Below, in pieces: positions 32,575 to 46,358 of a DNA stretch of 64,000 bases; the first letter of the stretch is position 1, and each line of letters begins with the position of its first letter. This DNA comes from Picochlorum sp. SENEW3. Lineage: Eukaryota. Location of the stretch: assembly GCA_034226945.1 (NCBI GenBank), contig CP120459.1, positions 372,001-436,000 on the forward strand. Reading direction: 5' to 3'. The notes under the pieces were generated by a model that saw only the letters and a list, made by a program, of their open reading frames with translations, ran no database searches and was not told the origin of the DNA. The position numbers and the translations under genes are program-made.

Positions 32575-34950
32575 ATGCTTGAAGAGGGACAAGAGCCAGT
32601 TCCTTGTCGCGGTGACCCTAACCAGGGTGCAGGTACCTCTACAGCACCAAAATCGTCCCTTCGGGATGACTATGGATTTGTGATTCAGTCGCCGTATGTT
32701 AGCTTGTATCACACATTCTCTCACGTGTGGCATGAGGAAGAGATTGAGCGATGTCATGTGTGGGATGCGTGGATATCGAAGCATGCAACAGATGCTGATA
32801 GTTCACAGCTCTACAATGCACTCAAGAATGCTCTCAAGAATGCACTCAAGAAGAATGGCCCTCTGTCCGACTCACGGGAGGGGTTGGAGGAGTTGCATGC
32901 GCTTGTTCGAATGGGAATACCAAAGAAATACAGAAAGGTGTGCTGGAAACTGTTTCTAGATATAGACTCTATACGGGTCGATGGTGAGTATGCCAGATTG
33001 TTAAACACACTAGAGGAGAGGGAGAGAGAGCAGCAGGGTCAGGATGGGACCAGACCAGGCGCCCAGGATGATACACTGCCCGAGGAGGACTTTATGGGGC
33101 AGATTGACAAGGATTTACACAGGACATTTCCTGATCATCCTCTTCTTATGGAAGGATCTGATGGAAAGAAAAAGTTGAGGCGCATGCTCGGTGGATATGC
33201 AATGAGGAATCCAGTGGTTGGGTACTGCCAAGGCCTCAATTTCCTTGCAGCAGTCTTTCTTCTACTGTACGACGGAGACACGGAGGAGGAGGAGGAGGAG
33301 GCATTTTGGTGTTTTGTATCGCTTGTAGAAAATATTTTGACGGGATACTTTGATCCGATGATGATCAACCAACAGGTGGATGGTCTGGTTTTTGAGCAGC
33401 TCTTGCAGCAATTGTTGCCGCATGTTGCATCCCACATTGAAGACATTGGTGTTCATGTGCCAACTGCTGTCGCTGGATGGTTCTTGGTTGCATTTGTGAA
33501 TTCCTTTCCGATCGAGACGTTATTACGAGTGTGGGATATGATATTTTTTGAAAAGAGTCCAGTGGTCTTGTTTCGAGTGGGACTTGCACAGATTGACATT
33601 TTCTCTGAAGCATTGTTAGAAGCTCGACAAGAAGTGGATGCCTACATGTTGTTTCAGGCAATGGGACCGATGAGTTTTGATGCTAGCAAGATTTGTGAAA
33701 AATCTTGTGTGCATTTTTCTCATGTCAAAGATTCTGCGCTGAGAATATTGCGAGACAAGTATGCCCCTGGAATCACTCGTGTCATGGAGAAGATGTACAA
33801 CGTAGAAAGCAATTTACCTTCCATGACAATATCTACAGGGGTGCCAAAAGCACCCCAAAGTCGCATGTCTTCTGCTTCTTCTCTTTCTGCTACTGGTCGG
33901 AAAATGATTTCAGATGGAAGAATTTCAAAGAGAGAGAATAGCGCAGAAGGAGGAAAAGAAGAACACGGCGTGGAGGGAATCGATGGTCGGCTGGGTATAC
34001 TGCGGCTTCGGCATAAGGACCAAACAGACAGCTCAGAGGATCTTCTTGTTCAATCCAAACTGGAGTCTCTTCGTCGCACGCAGAGTGCATCACTATCAAA
34101 CCTGTATAATTCTAGAGGACACAAAGAGAGACTACAGCAGCAGCTACGAATCAATCTGCTGTCCATGTCAACATTTATTCCAAATTTGAGCATAGCACCT
34201 GTTGCGACAGCCTTTCGAATTGCAGGAAACATTCCACCTCGGTCACGGACATTGTTTGCTGAAAAGCAGACAGGCACAAAAGATAACAGCCAGACAGAAG
34301 TTTTACAAAAGGGATACGGATCAGGTCGGACCATTGACATCTCTGCATCAGTCTCGAAGAATTCTAAACAGGGTGATGGCCCAGTGTCTCGTCGATTCAC
34401 AGATGGCGGTGCATTGGTGATGGCGTACTCGCCACAAAAGCATACATCCACGCCAATATGGTCAAAAGCATCACCATCCAAGATCCACATGCATGAAAGC
34501 CAACTTGCGTCTATTACCAAGCAGAACCTGAAAGCATTGGCAATGCAGCTGGAACAAGAAGTAGGGATAGCATCCCAACGCCTCCAAGACATTTCCACAA
34601 GAAATGTTGAGAAGGAGCACATGATACAAGACCTCTCCACACAGTTGGAAAAAATTCAAGATGAAGTGGAGCACAAGGCTGACATTCTAAATGCCCTCTT
34701 TCAACGAAGAACACAACTTGAGAAACAGGCCTCAGAGTTGGAACTACAGTACAGAAAACAGTTGACAGAAAACAACCAACTCGTTACATCCTGGAAGGTG
34801 ACACAAGAAGCACTCCTACGAAACAATCAAAAGCTGAAAGAGCTCATGGAACTGGCTGGCAAATCATCACAGGGCGATTCGAGTCCCACAAAGAGGGGAT
34901 TTCAACAACATGTGCATAGACTGATTGGCAGAAAATTTACATCAACTTGA
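32575..34950 (+). CDS. TBC-domain Rab GTPase-activating protein with C-terminal coiled coil
   Basis: RDDYGF, QIDKDLHRTF, VGYCQGLNFLA and LRVWD motifs. Start is uncertain. Confidence 0.9.
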   Translation: MLEEGQEPVPCRGDPNQGAGTSTAPKSSLRDDYGFVIQSPYVSLYHTFSHVWHEEEIERCHVWDAWISKHATDADSSQLYNALKNALKNALKKNGPLSDSREGLEELHALVRMGIPKKYRKVCWKLFLDIDSIRVDGEYARLLNTLEEREREQQGQDGTRPGAQDDTLPEEDFMGQIDKDLHRTFPDHPLLMEGSDGKKKLRRMLGGYAMRNPVVGYCQGLNFLAAVFLLLYDGDTEEEEEEAFWCFVSLVENILTGYFDPMMINQQVDGLVFEQLLQQLLPHVASHIEDIGVHVPTAVAGWFLVAFVNSFPIETLLRVWDMIFFEKSPVVLFRVGLAQIDIFSEALLEARQEVDAYMLFQAMGPMSFDASKICEKSCVHFSHVKDSALRILRDKYAPGITRVMEKMYNVESNLPSMTISTGVPKAPQSRMSSASSLSATGRKMISDGRISKRENSAEGGKEEHGVEGIDGRLGILRLRHKDQTDSSEDLLVQSKLESLRRTQSASLSNLYNSRGHKERLQQQLRINLLSMSTFIPNLSIAPVATAFRIAGNIPPRSRTLFAEKQTGTKDNSQTEVLQKGYGSGRTIDISASVSKNSKQGDGPVSRRFTDGGALVMAYSPQKHTSTPIWSKASPSKIHMHESQLASITKQNLKALAMQLEQEVGIASQRLQDISTRNVEKEHMIQDLSTQLEKIQDEVEHKADILNALFQRRTQLEKQASELELQYRKQLTENNQLVTSWKVTQEALLRNNQKLKELMELAGKSSQGDSSPTKRGFQQHVHRLIGRKFTST
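32815..32850 (+). repeat. In-frame 12-bp tandem repeat x3 (NALK)
   Basis: AATGCACTCAAG AATGCTCTCAAG AATGCACTCAAG. Confidence 0.9.
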
Positions 34951-34976
34951 TTAGAATTCTAGATACTATGACTTAT

Positions 34977-35514
34977 TTATTTAACATTGACATAGGTCCG
35001 ATTCTTCTTCCGATCTTTTGTAAAAGACACACAACCTTCCACCAAAGAAAACAGTGTATGATCCTTCCCCATACCCACATTCACACCTGGATGAAACCTT
35101 TTCCCCCTCTGCCGCACAATAATGTTCCCAGGGATACAATGCTCGCCTCCAAACAACTTGACTCCCAAGAACTTGGGGTTGGAGTCCTTGTTATTCTGAG
35201 TGGAACCTCCCTGCTTCTTCGATGCCCACCGAACTTGCGTATACAGTGAACCGCTATTGCTACTAGGATGATATGTTTGGTCTCTCGTATCAAGACGAGT
35301 CTGTAATGCGCCAGTTACCAACTGGTTCGTCGTCAAACCTCCTGCACAGCGAAAGAGATCGTTACAGACATGAGCGGCTGTTGCAATTCACCATTAAATC
35401 ATATCAATACATACCACTGAATGAACGAGTGCATCCAGATCCCCTCCAGAGGGTGCAGCCGAGTGACTCGGAGATGCGCAGAACCACTTGTCCAAATTCT
35501 CGCCGGCAGTTCAT
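34977..35514 (-). CDS. Ribosomal protein bL27, probably mitochondrial; one intron
   Basis: [38 protein letters not shown]. An upstream exon from ATG 35514 splices in frame. Confidence 0.9.
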
Positions 35515-35625
35515 CTCTCTATCAAGATGCTATGCATACTTTGATTACAACAATAGTATCATCAACAATACAGACAGGTACATATACGTGTATATAAGCA
35601 AGACAAGATGCAGAGATGTGCATTA

Positions 35626-37443
35626 TCAAGTGCATTCCTGGGATGGCCTTGTCAGGAGCATGGTCATTTGAATCAGTACAATACCAATCAGAACCCCAAT
35701 ACACCCTATCAAAAACTCTATTGACCATACATGCGTGTCATTCTTTGTTGTGCGTCGTCCCACCGTCGTCTCATCATCGCAAGTGTCCTCTTTCGTATCA
35801 TGACTGTGGTGGTCCTTGTCCTCTGTCATTGTCCTTGCTGGTATCATTGTCTTTTTAGGTCCCTCACACTCAGAGCCTGGAGGTGTCAGAATATCCCCAT
35901 CCATCACATCACATTCAACCACAGACATGTTTCGTCGGTGTTTGGGCTTTGACAGAGAAAACTGGTTCTGATCTGCCAAGCTTTGTTGCATCTTTCGAAG
36001 GGAGGAGAACCCATCCCGAAACTTTGGCTCTACTTGACTAAGAATCATATCCCAATCTTCTGCAGACTCTGGCAATAAATCTGTAGGACGTTTGGGCTTG
36101 GGGGACGATAGTTTTTGGTCATCATCAGTCTCTTGGTGATCAATCGTGGCAATCTTTTGATCTGCCAATCTCTTGAACATTTGATATGCTTCAAGCAGAG
36201 AATCTGTCACACCCTTTTCTATAAACTTCTTCCACATGGTATTCTTTGTAAATGGTACACCAATATGAATCCTCAAGATGGAAGAATTCGGTGATTTTGT
36301 ATCTGGAAAAATATCCCATCGAGTCTCTACTTTGAAGTGATCCCCATACGGAATATCGCTCATCACCTGACTCGTTTCAAACAGAATATGATCATTCTTG
36401 TACACACGAACACGCTGTGTTTGATGACAGAGCGCTTCAGAAGGCCCAATCCTGAAACCCTTCAACATGGTAACAAAACTCAAATCCCTGACTGGCCCAA
36501 TCAGATTATGTTCATCCCAGGAAGACAGTTCAATCTGCTTGTGACCCTGTGCCGTGTGAAAATCTATGAAAAAATCTGATTTTGAACTCAAAAAGGCGTC
36601 ATAAAATCCTTTTGGCTCCACAGGAAGAGAATATTCAATAATTTTCTGCATTGTATCCGATACAGCAGGTGCTTCTCGTGGCTCCGACGAGGACGACACA
36701 TCCGCAAAAGCAACATGCTTTATTTTCTTCTTCCGTATCTTCTTCTTTTCTTCTTCGCCTTCGTGTTCCTCATCGTCCTCCTCTCCTTTCGGCGTCGTAA
36801 TCATATCACCATTGTGTAAATCCTCCTCGCCTACCATTGTCGCCGCCGTATCAATAATATCATAATGATGCTCAGGCGACTCTGGAGGTGTCCCTCCATC
36901 ATGCCGCAGCGTGGTGGTACACCCCCTAGAGTCCTCCCACAAGGACAATATCAACCGAAACGCTTCCTCTCTATTCAAAAACGACGTAAAAAACTCCTTC
37001 TTCACCTCCTCTTCACTCGCCTTCCACACAATCTCCACCGAGTTTGGAAACCCAACATTCTTCATCTTCCTCAATGACAGAATGGCATCAATCGGAATCA
37101 CCTTGATCTTGTGATACCCAAACAACGAGCACGAAAAACACACATGCGCATCAAAAATATACATCCGCCCCTGTAACAATATCTTTTTCTTCAACGCACA
37201 CATAAAACTATCCAACAACTCCTCTCCTCCCTCCAACCCAAACTGTCCCTGCAGTTCCTTGGCCTTTGACTCAATCCTCCTCACCCAACTCTTCCTCCCC
37301 TTGGTGGGTGCATCGAATTTCTTCTTCCACGACGTCGCCGTCGTTGTCTTTACACGCAACTGACCACGATGAGACGCAAGATGATCCTCTTCAGCCATAT
37401 CCTCTCGCTCCCCTGCCAGCTCATGTGCCTTCGATGACTCCAT
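35626..37443 (-). CDS. GRAM + VASt (StART-like) domain protein with C-terminal TM segment (VAD1/Lam-like)
   Basis: FMCALKKKILLQGRMYIF (GRAM), DIPYGDHFKVETRW (VASt) and a hydrophobic tail. Confidence 0.88.
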   Translation of the reverse strand: MESSKAHELAGEREDMAEEDHLASHRGQLRVKTTTATSWKKKFDAPTKGRKSWVRRIESKAKELQGQFGLEGGEELLDSFMCALKKKILLQGRMYIFDAHVCFSCSLFGYHKIKVIPIDAILSLRKMKNVGFPNSVEIVWKASEEEVKKEFFTSFLNREEAFRLILSLWEDSRGCTTTLRHDGGTPPESPEHHYDIIDTAATMVGEEDLHNGDMITTPKGEEDDEEHEGEEEKKKIRKKKIKHVAFADVSSSSEPREAPAVSDTMQKIIEYSLPVEPKGFYDAFLSSKSDFFIDFHTAQGHKQIELSSWDEHNLIGPVRDLSFVTMLKGFRIGPSEALCHQTQRVRVYKNDHILFETSQVMSDIPYGDHFKVETRWDIFPDTKSPNSSILRIHIGVPFTKNTMWKKFIEKGVTDSLLEAYQMFKRLADQKIATIDHQETDDDQKLSSPKPKRPTDLLPESAEDWDMILSQVEPKFRDGFSSLRKMQQSLADQNQFSLSKPKHRRNMSVVECDVMDGDILTPPGSECEGPKKTMIPARTMTEDKDHHSHDTKEDTCDDETTVGRRTTKNDTHVWSIEFLIGCIGVLIGIVLIQMTMLLTRPSQECT

Positions 37444-37890
37444 GTATTCGTATCACTTTGAATGTACTAAAACCCACTATAAACAGTATATAATAAGACA
37501 AGTATCCGAATACCACCACCACAATGCTACCAGAGCATCTCTTTTATCAAAAATAGTCGATGTTCCAACAGTAGCAACGACTAATCACAGTCAGTCAAAA
37601 GAACCCTTTTGAGATTCATTCCCATCCATTCTTCATATTATAGGAGAAAAAAGTACAGTAGAAAATGATATATGGTAGCACAGGAGGCATGGCGTTATAT
37701 GACGAAGATTCCTTCACGAGAAATCTCGCGAGAGCCTAGAGATCTCTTTAAGATCTCCTTCTCTTCGAAGAGAATTCTCCATCATGCATGACAACACCAT
37801 GCAGCCATTGATTAGTATATCCATGGATATGAATGAATGCATTGCAACACATGATATAATAAACAGAGCACTTTATTGATTACATCATCA

Positions 37891-38484
37891 TCAAAGCGAA
37901 GAAGAAGAAGAAGAATATATTTGTCGAGAAATCTCAGAGAGAGAGGTATTCACCCCAAACAAGACCACGCTGGTCCCCAACACCAACGCAATAACCAACA
38001 ACGTGTTCAACAATGCACTCGTAAAACTAGGCCATTCGATCAATCGGACTTCCTCCAACACCCCCTGCACCAGAGATTCATCCTTGGATGCATCATCCTG
38101 TGAGGACGCTGCTGCTGCTCGCAGGGCACCCATCTGTCTCTGAATCTCTTCTGTACTCAACACTGTGCTGTCCTGTGATTCATCTTCAGTAGTACTACTA
38201 TTGTCAGTGGCCGTAGAGACTGCCTCGTCGACAGTATCGTTCTTCTCTTCTTCTGCTTCTTCTTTTGGTACCTGCTTATCATCACCCGCTCGTACCGAAA
38301 AGACCGCAGACGTTCTTCTTTGTCCGCTGTGAGCCATGCGATATACATCCATCTGCTTGTCTTTTCTATGAATATATCCATGTGAAGAGGATGGGGCACT
38401 ATGGCGAATAGGAAGACATTGGCGATGTTGGACTCTGCACTGAGACTGCGTGGCTGCAATGGATAAAGATACTACGGCCGACAT
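37891..38484 (-). CDS. secE: Plastid preprotein translocase SecE
   Basis: EEVRLIEWPS followed by one TM segment; long transit peptide. Confidence 0.82.
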   Translation of the reverse strand: MSAVVSLSIAATQSQCRVQHRQCLPIRHSAPSSSHGYIHRKDKQMDVYRMAHSGQRRTSAVFSVRAGDDKQVPKEEAEEEKNDTVDEAVSTATDNSSTTEDESQDSTVLSTEEIQRQMGALRAAAASSQDDASKDESLVQGVLEEVRLIEWPSFTSALLNTLLVIALVLGTSVVLFGVNTSLSEISRQIYSSSSSSL

Positions 38485-38662
38485 ACTGGTTTCTTGCTCT
38501 ATTTTCCTTTTTAACTACGACTTTTTGTTTGTATTGAATACTGAAATAACAGGATGCGCAGCATCCTCTTGTCTTGAACTGGAGATGAAGACCACACAGG
38601 TGCCTAGCCTTTTCTTTTCCTTCTTCAAAGAGCAGAAATCTTAATCTTCTTCTTCTTCTTCT

Positions 38663-39586
38663 TTACACAACGGATACAAACACTATTACTATCATCATCA
38701 TCATGCTGAAGAAAGAAGAATAAAAAGAGGAACTACTTGTGGAATCCTCCCCTTGGGTGGTCGTTGTTGTTGAAGAACTAGAAGAACTAGAAGAAGAAGA
38801 TGTCTGCCCATCAGGAAAGTATGCTGCACACTGTGCTGGCACATCTCCAGAAGACGAGCTAGGAATATCCACATAACTCGAACATGTCGTACTCAGAGAC
38901 GATGGGCACGAGAATGCCTCAAACGTCGTCTTATCGATACACATCTGAATCTCCACCAGGGCATTTCTGGAGCACTTGAACACTGCCCCAGACACCCCAA
39001 ATGCCTCTTGGATGGCCTCCTCAACATCCTCTGTGCGCACATCATCTCCCGATGACAGATCAATACCATTCTCTTCCAAAGCAACATTCAAATCATATTG
39101 TGAGTTCAACTCGAGAGCTTTGGCAAAGTAGTCTTCCTGTGTCGGAAGCACAGAGAGAGAGCATGTTCCATGCTTGCTCCACTCGTGATTCCAGAATCCT
39201 TCATCTGACCCCGTGAGAGAGATCCATTCGCAATCCATTTGCTTCAGTGTATCCGACTCCAAGTTTCTCGTCGAGAACCTGTCGCTTGAATCGCAATATT
39301 GAGGCCATCCGTTGTAATAATTTGGCCACAAGCCATGAATGGTAAATTGATTGAAGGGATCGACACTGCACGAGTTGCTCCTGTATTCACAATATGATGG
39401 TCCGAATTGTCTGACAAATAAAAAGAAATCAAAATCATCCTCTGCTGCTGCTGCAACGAGGGTTGTTGTTCCCAGAGGTGCCGTGTTTCGACCAGTTGTA
39501 GTCAAACAGCACAGGACGACTGCTACAGCAAGGTGCATCAGCCATCTGGCTGATGATGAATAATATTCTGATACTGACAGTACCAT
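38663..39586 (-). CDS. Ribonuclease T2, secreted, with Ser/Thr stalk and hydrophobic tail
   Basis: CAS I FTIHGLWP and CAS II FWNHEWSKHGTC. Confidence 0.93.
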   Translation of the reverse strand: MVLSVSEYYSSSARWLMHLAVAVVLCCLTTTGRNTAPLGTTTLVAAAAEDDFDFFLFVRQFGPSYCEYRSNSCSVDPFNQFTIHGLWPNYYNGWPQYCDSSDRFSTRNLESDTLKQMDCEWISLTGSDEGFWNHEWSKHGTCSLSVLPTQEDYFAKALELNSQYDLNVALEENGIDLSSGDDVRTEDVEEAIQEAFGVSGAVFKCSRNALVEIQMCIDKTTFEAFSCPSSLSTTCSSYVDIPSSSSGDVPAQCAAYFPDGQTSSSSSSSSSSTTTTTQGEDSTSSSSFYSSFFSMMMMIVIVFVSVV

Positions 39587-39842
39587 TGCTTTTTGCTGAT
39601 GAATTAATACAGTGTACTAGCACTGCAATGTCATCCTTTCATCGCAACATGAGCATGAGCTTCTTCTTCTTCTTGTCTGGTGTTTTTAAAAAAGAGTGAT
39701 GCAGTGTTGACAGATATTGACCGATCAAAGGATGCGTTCAATGGGAACATGGTCACTTCTGGGATTCAACCCATGCTCATGTGTCTTAGCCCTATAGGGA
39801 TGGGTTTCTTTGCATAAACAATACTGATATATATAATAAATC

Positions 39843-41826
<1,984 letters not shown>

Positions 41827-41880
41827 CTCTGAAATAATAATAATGACTGTAGTGATTTGTAATACACTGAATACGAATAA

Positions 41881-43983
41881 TCATCTTTTTCTAGAGGAAT
41901 TTTTCAACGCCTTTTGAAAATCAAAGTCTTGTTCCTTGTCACCACCACCTACTGAGTCATGTTGGCGCTGCTCTTGTGTCCCAGGCTGCCCGAGAACAAA
42001 TGGATTTTGAACCATTGAGGTAAAACTAGGGTCTCGGCTTCCCTGTGCTGATGGATGAGTGACATCATCAATGGAAGTCCCTGGAGCTTCCTCTACACTA
42101 CCAAACCCTGCAAGGGAGTCACCTGGCAGCAATTCATCCACCACATACACCGGCTCACCCTGATGTAGAGTTTCTGTAGCAGCGGCCCTCCCAGTCTCAT
42201 CAATGCTCATCTGTTTGAAAAGGCTAGCAGCTTTTTCTGGGGACTCCTTGCTGAGCATTGTTTGTTCATGGGGATATTTTCGAGGAGACAGAGACTGCTC
42301 TTGAATTCCCTTGACAATATGCGATCCTGTTCGAAACAAAACTGGGGGTTCAATTAGCTCTTCATCCTGGCTCATCTTGCTGTATGAATGGCTGGGCAGT
42401 GTTGTCTCTCTGGCTTCCCTGGTTTTGCTCAGCAACATGTCACGACGCCTGATATTGGCATCCTGCGATAATATTGCTGCTTCAGTCATTCGTACATCCA
42501 TCGATTTGGGCGGTACAGTGCTTGTTGGATTGGATCTCTTTCTGAGATTGTTTGATTGGTCGAATCCTTGTGATGCAAAAGAGCTCAAGCTGGAGTCTGA
42601 CCCTGGTATGACAAACCTCCGAAGTGTCTCCACTTTTTCATTCTGTCGCACTCCACTGCTTTCTGGATCAGTTGAAGAACTTGGCTGCCACTCATTGTAA
42701 CTATCTGATCGAGCAAACTTATCCAGTTCTGTTGACCCATTGCCTCTATGAAGAAACGTGACTCCAGCACCTCCTGTATGCCCGTCAAACACATCCCCAT
42801 TGCCCATTTTTGTCTCAAATGAAAAGTTTCTCAGGTACCCCAGGCTATCTACCTTGGAGAATCCACGAACCAAATATTCTTCCTCTGTCATGCTGGATAT
42901 TTTATTGGGAGACGTGGATCCCTCCAACAATGCTTTCAGATCATACTTTCCAAATGACAATTTTCTATCAACATCATCTCCCATCTGCGACTTTCGTGGA
43001 GAAGAGTCTGCCACTCGAACTATCTGAGCCGCTGAAACTTCCAAATCTCCTGGATACAAGCTTGGATCCACCCCCATATCAGATGGAATACGTTCCAAAA
43101 ACGAATCATATGGCTCCAAATCCTCTCTGGCATCATGCCTCGGGGCCTCTTTCATCCTTTGCTCCTGCACGGGCTCTTCCCGCTTCAAATTTGTTCCAGC
43201 AAGTTCTACACTATCTTCACCAAATATTTCCGAATATCGTTTCTTTCTCATCGCAGCCTCCCTCTTCGGTCTGCTGGACTTCCCAGCACTCAGACCAGAC
43301 CCTGATGGTGTCATGCTACCAGCCTGACCCATGGACACCCTTCCCGCCACCCTGCTCGTACTCGTGCACAAATAATGAACCATAACAACATCATCATAGC
43401 GTTTATCTAGAATCCAATAACACCTCCTCTGCAAACCATCATTCCTATCAGCATGAGCATAATAGCAATTGAGTGTTTCCTTGTCCTGTACTTTTAGCTT
43501 CTCATGCGTCTCTTTGATCGTCTTATTATCTGTGCATCGGAACAGTAATATTATATTGTTATTATGTGTCCATCAGGAATACACGACACATCGCCACGCA
43601 CCATTCTTCTTTCGCCAAGTGTGCTTATCATTCCGAAACGCCCTACACACCTTTCTAGAAAAGATGTACAGCCGCCCACCTGCACACGCACATACAGAGC
43701 ACGTCAATGAATCAACACATTCTCTTCATATATACACCCAGCGCGAATCCAATCCAATCCACATACCTTCAGGCTGCGTCGCAGCCTGCTGTGGCCAAGA
43801 CAAGTCCAATCCCTGAAACTTCTCCAAAACTGCCAGCACCTCCTCATTCTTCAACCAGCTCGACTCTGCTTTCTTCACAATCTCCATCACATTTTCCCCC
43901 AATTCAGCTGCCTCTGGATCCAGAGGAACAGCTTGGCGCTTCTCTTCACCGGGCGGAATCCTGCTAATGACCAGGTCTTTCAT
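41881..43983 (-). CDS. CG-1 DNA-binding domain protein (CAMTA-like N-terminus), spliced
   Basis: Exons give SWLKNEEV...FRNDKHTWRKK...IKETHEKLKV...LNCYYAH...QRRCYWIL...VMVHYL. Confidence 0.85.
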
Positions 43984-44196
43984 TCTGCTCCCTGTCTGGC
44001 GCTTTTGCTTTATATATCACCAGAGAAAAGAAATAATTGAACTGTGAAATGGAGGCCTTCTTCACCACAAGGAATTCATTTGAAACGTCTTGACTAAAAT
44101 CTGGACTGCCCGCGTCTCCTCTGTCCTTGTCGATATACCACTCTACGAATTCTCAAAATATTTTTACATTCATTTATTTGTTCTAGATAAATACCG

Positions 44197-45420
44197 TTAG
44201 ATGGCTCGCCGTGCCACGATTGTTCTTTCATTCTGAGTGTTTGCCATCAGGCACAAGTTCTTCATCCCAGTAATGTCACAGGTAAATGCATCCGACAACG
44301 CTTTAATGGACTTGTCCAAGTTCCGCGCCCCATTCCCTCGAAACTTCAAGGTCACGACCAGCATCCCTCCTGGTCTGAGATATTTCAGTGCAGGTGCAAG
44401 CATCTTGCCAAGCATGAATGGATCTCTATTGGCATCACACGTAATCAAATCCACCTCTTTCTTCGTCGCATTCTCCATAATTCGATCAATATCAGGACCT
44501 GCGTCCTGTGATACCTTTTGCACGTGATGAACATTATCAAGAGCTGCAACAGACTCGTGCAGCATGGCAGGGTCAATGGCAATCACCGTGTGCATGTCTT
44601 TGGCCAATTGATGCGTCCATCCACCAGGAGCCGCACCAATATCTATCGCACGTGCATCCTTCGTTCGACACTCGTCCCAAAACCCAGTCACCAGAAGCGC
44701 TTCGTGCAACTTGCCAGCAGCCTTGCAAAACTGACCAGCCACTCTGGCATCCCCATCTGGCTTTGTATGAAACGTCTCACACGCCGGTCGTAAACAATAC
44801 CGAAAACTACCGTCTTTCTTTTGAATAATATGCAAGGTTCGTGTGAAATTGACTGGATGAAACTCAAACACACCATCATCCCCAAAAGCATCCAAAAACT
44901 CTTTTTCCAAAGGCCTTGGGCAACACATGATGCGCACCGGCGCCGACTCTTTCTCTTTTATAATACCATCTGAAGCACTCAACTGCGCCACGACATCCTC
45001 TATAGACGATGCCGTACCATCCTCATACGCTCCTCCAAACAAAAACATTCTATTCACACAGTGCTGAAGGAAGGATGCATCCATCCAATCCACCCATTCC
45101 TTCCCAGTCCGACCCACATTCTCAAACATCAACAAGTACGTCCCCGTGCGCTCTACCCCACGCGGGTACCCCAGATATTGAGCCTTTGATGCAGCTCCAA
45201 ACGCCCCTCGAGGAAAGACAACATGGCGAATGGACTCATCCTCAAAATACTCCATTAAGCGCTTCGCATGAGAATAGTGATTCACTTGAAACACACAGTC
45301 CATCCATAATGAGGACGCATCGTTCCCATGGCTGCTCGCATCCGCCGTGACACGCTCTCCGTGTTGCATGGCATTGTCCTCGCATGCAGTCCCATTCACA
45401 TGCTCTCTATCCCTCTTCAT
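44197..45420 (-). CDS. FtsJ/RlmM-like RNA 2'-O-methyltransferase
   Basis: KAAGKLHEAL, AIDIGAAPGGWT, LITCDAN, VVTLK and NERT give the K-D-K-E tetrad. Confidence 0.8.
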   Translation of the reverse strand: MKRDREHVNGTACEDNAMQHGERVTADASSHGNDASSLWMDCVFQVNHYSHAKRLMEYFEDESIRHVVFPRGAFGAASKAQYLGYPRGVERTGTYLLMFENVGRTGKEWVDWMDASFLQHCVNRMFLFGGAYEDGTASSIEDVVAQLSASDGIIKEKESAPVRIMCCPRPLEKEFLDAFGDDGVFEFHPVNFTRTLHIIQKKDGSFRYCLRPACETFHTKPDGDARVAGQFCKAAGKLHEALLVTGFWDECRTKDARAIDIGAAPGGWTHQLAKDMHTVIAIDPAMLHESVAALDNVHHVQKVSQDAGPDIDRIMENATKKEVDLITCDANRDPFMLGKMLAPALKYLRPGGMLVVTLKFRGNGARNLDKSIKALSDAFTCDITGMKNLCLMANTQNERTIVARRAI

Positions 45421-45477
45421 CGAACCAATCTACTATTTGTTGTTTAAATTTAAAATGCGTGTTAAATAATAATAAAG

Positions 45478-46011
45478 TCATATCTCACAGTACACTCGCT
45501 CCATCCTGTATCCACGACGCCGTGCCCTCTCTGCAAACTGCCTTCCCCGTTCCACATCCACATCACACCCATATCCTTCCATCAGCATTTGACCCAATAG
45601 CGCCATAGCCTTGACATCCCCACGCATCGCATCCCTCTCAGCCTCCATATACCATCTCTTGACGGCATCGTCCACAACAGCCCCCAGAGGTGTTGGAGCC
45701 ATCAACCGTCCATCGTGACTATACACAACAGGTATTTCTTTGGTAGCCTTGTCTCCTCCCTTCCTCTTGCCACTACTACCATTACTATTATGTGACTTGC
45801 GTGAAGAAGACGGAGCTCCTCCGTCGCCAGCAGAAGTATTCTTCATCCAAAAGAGGTGATTTTTTCCAAAATTGTCTGACACGCTTGCTCTGCAAAGAGG
45901 AATGCTTCTTCTTGTTGTTGTTTTCTGTTGAACCGAGTGGTAATTAGAGCCTTGTTTTCTAGTAGGAGGAGTAATAATAATACTAATGGTTGTTGTATTC
46001 AGGGAATACAT
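45478..46011 (-). CDS. Small Sel1-like repeat protein
   Basis: AMRGDVKAMALLGQMLMEGYGCDVDVERG. Confidence 0.7.
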   Translation of the reverse strand: MYSLNTTTISIIITPPTRKQGSNYHSVQQKTTTRRSIPLCRASVSDNFGKNHLFWMKNTSAGDGGAPSSSRKSHNSNGSSGKRKGGDKATKEIPVVYSHDGRLMAPTPLGAVVDDAVKRWYMEAERDAMRGDVKAMALLGQMLMEGYGCDVDVERGRQFAERARRRGYRMERVYCEI

Positions 46012-46358
46012 GAACCGAGGCTGCTACAATGTTCCGACACTCGGTGACAAACCCCACACGCTTTTACTTTTCAATATTGCGTTGATTGTGTTTTATTACG
46101 ATACACGTATTGAACGATACAATAGAACTGGTAGGTTATAAAATACATGGCGGTGAATTTTCTCTCTCTCTCCGGTTTTTTTAATCTTCTTTTTATGGTG
46201 TTTTTTTGGGCATATATGCACTGAAAAGTACTACCATGTGGTGTGTGCTGTAACCCACACTACTTAATTGTGGTATTTATTTTTCTTTCTTATAAATCCC
46301 TCAAGAAACACCCACTTTGGTTGACAATCCCAATTGAATCAAATCAAATCAATCAACA

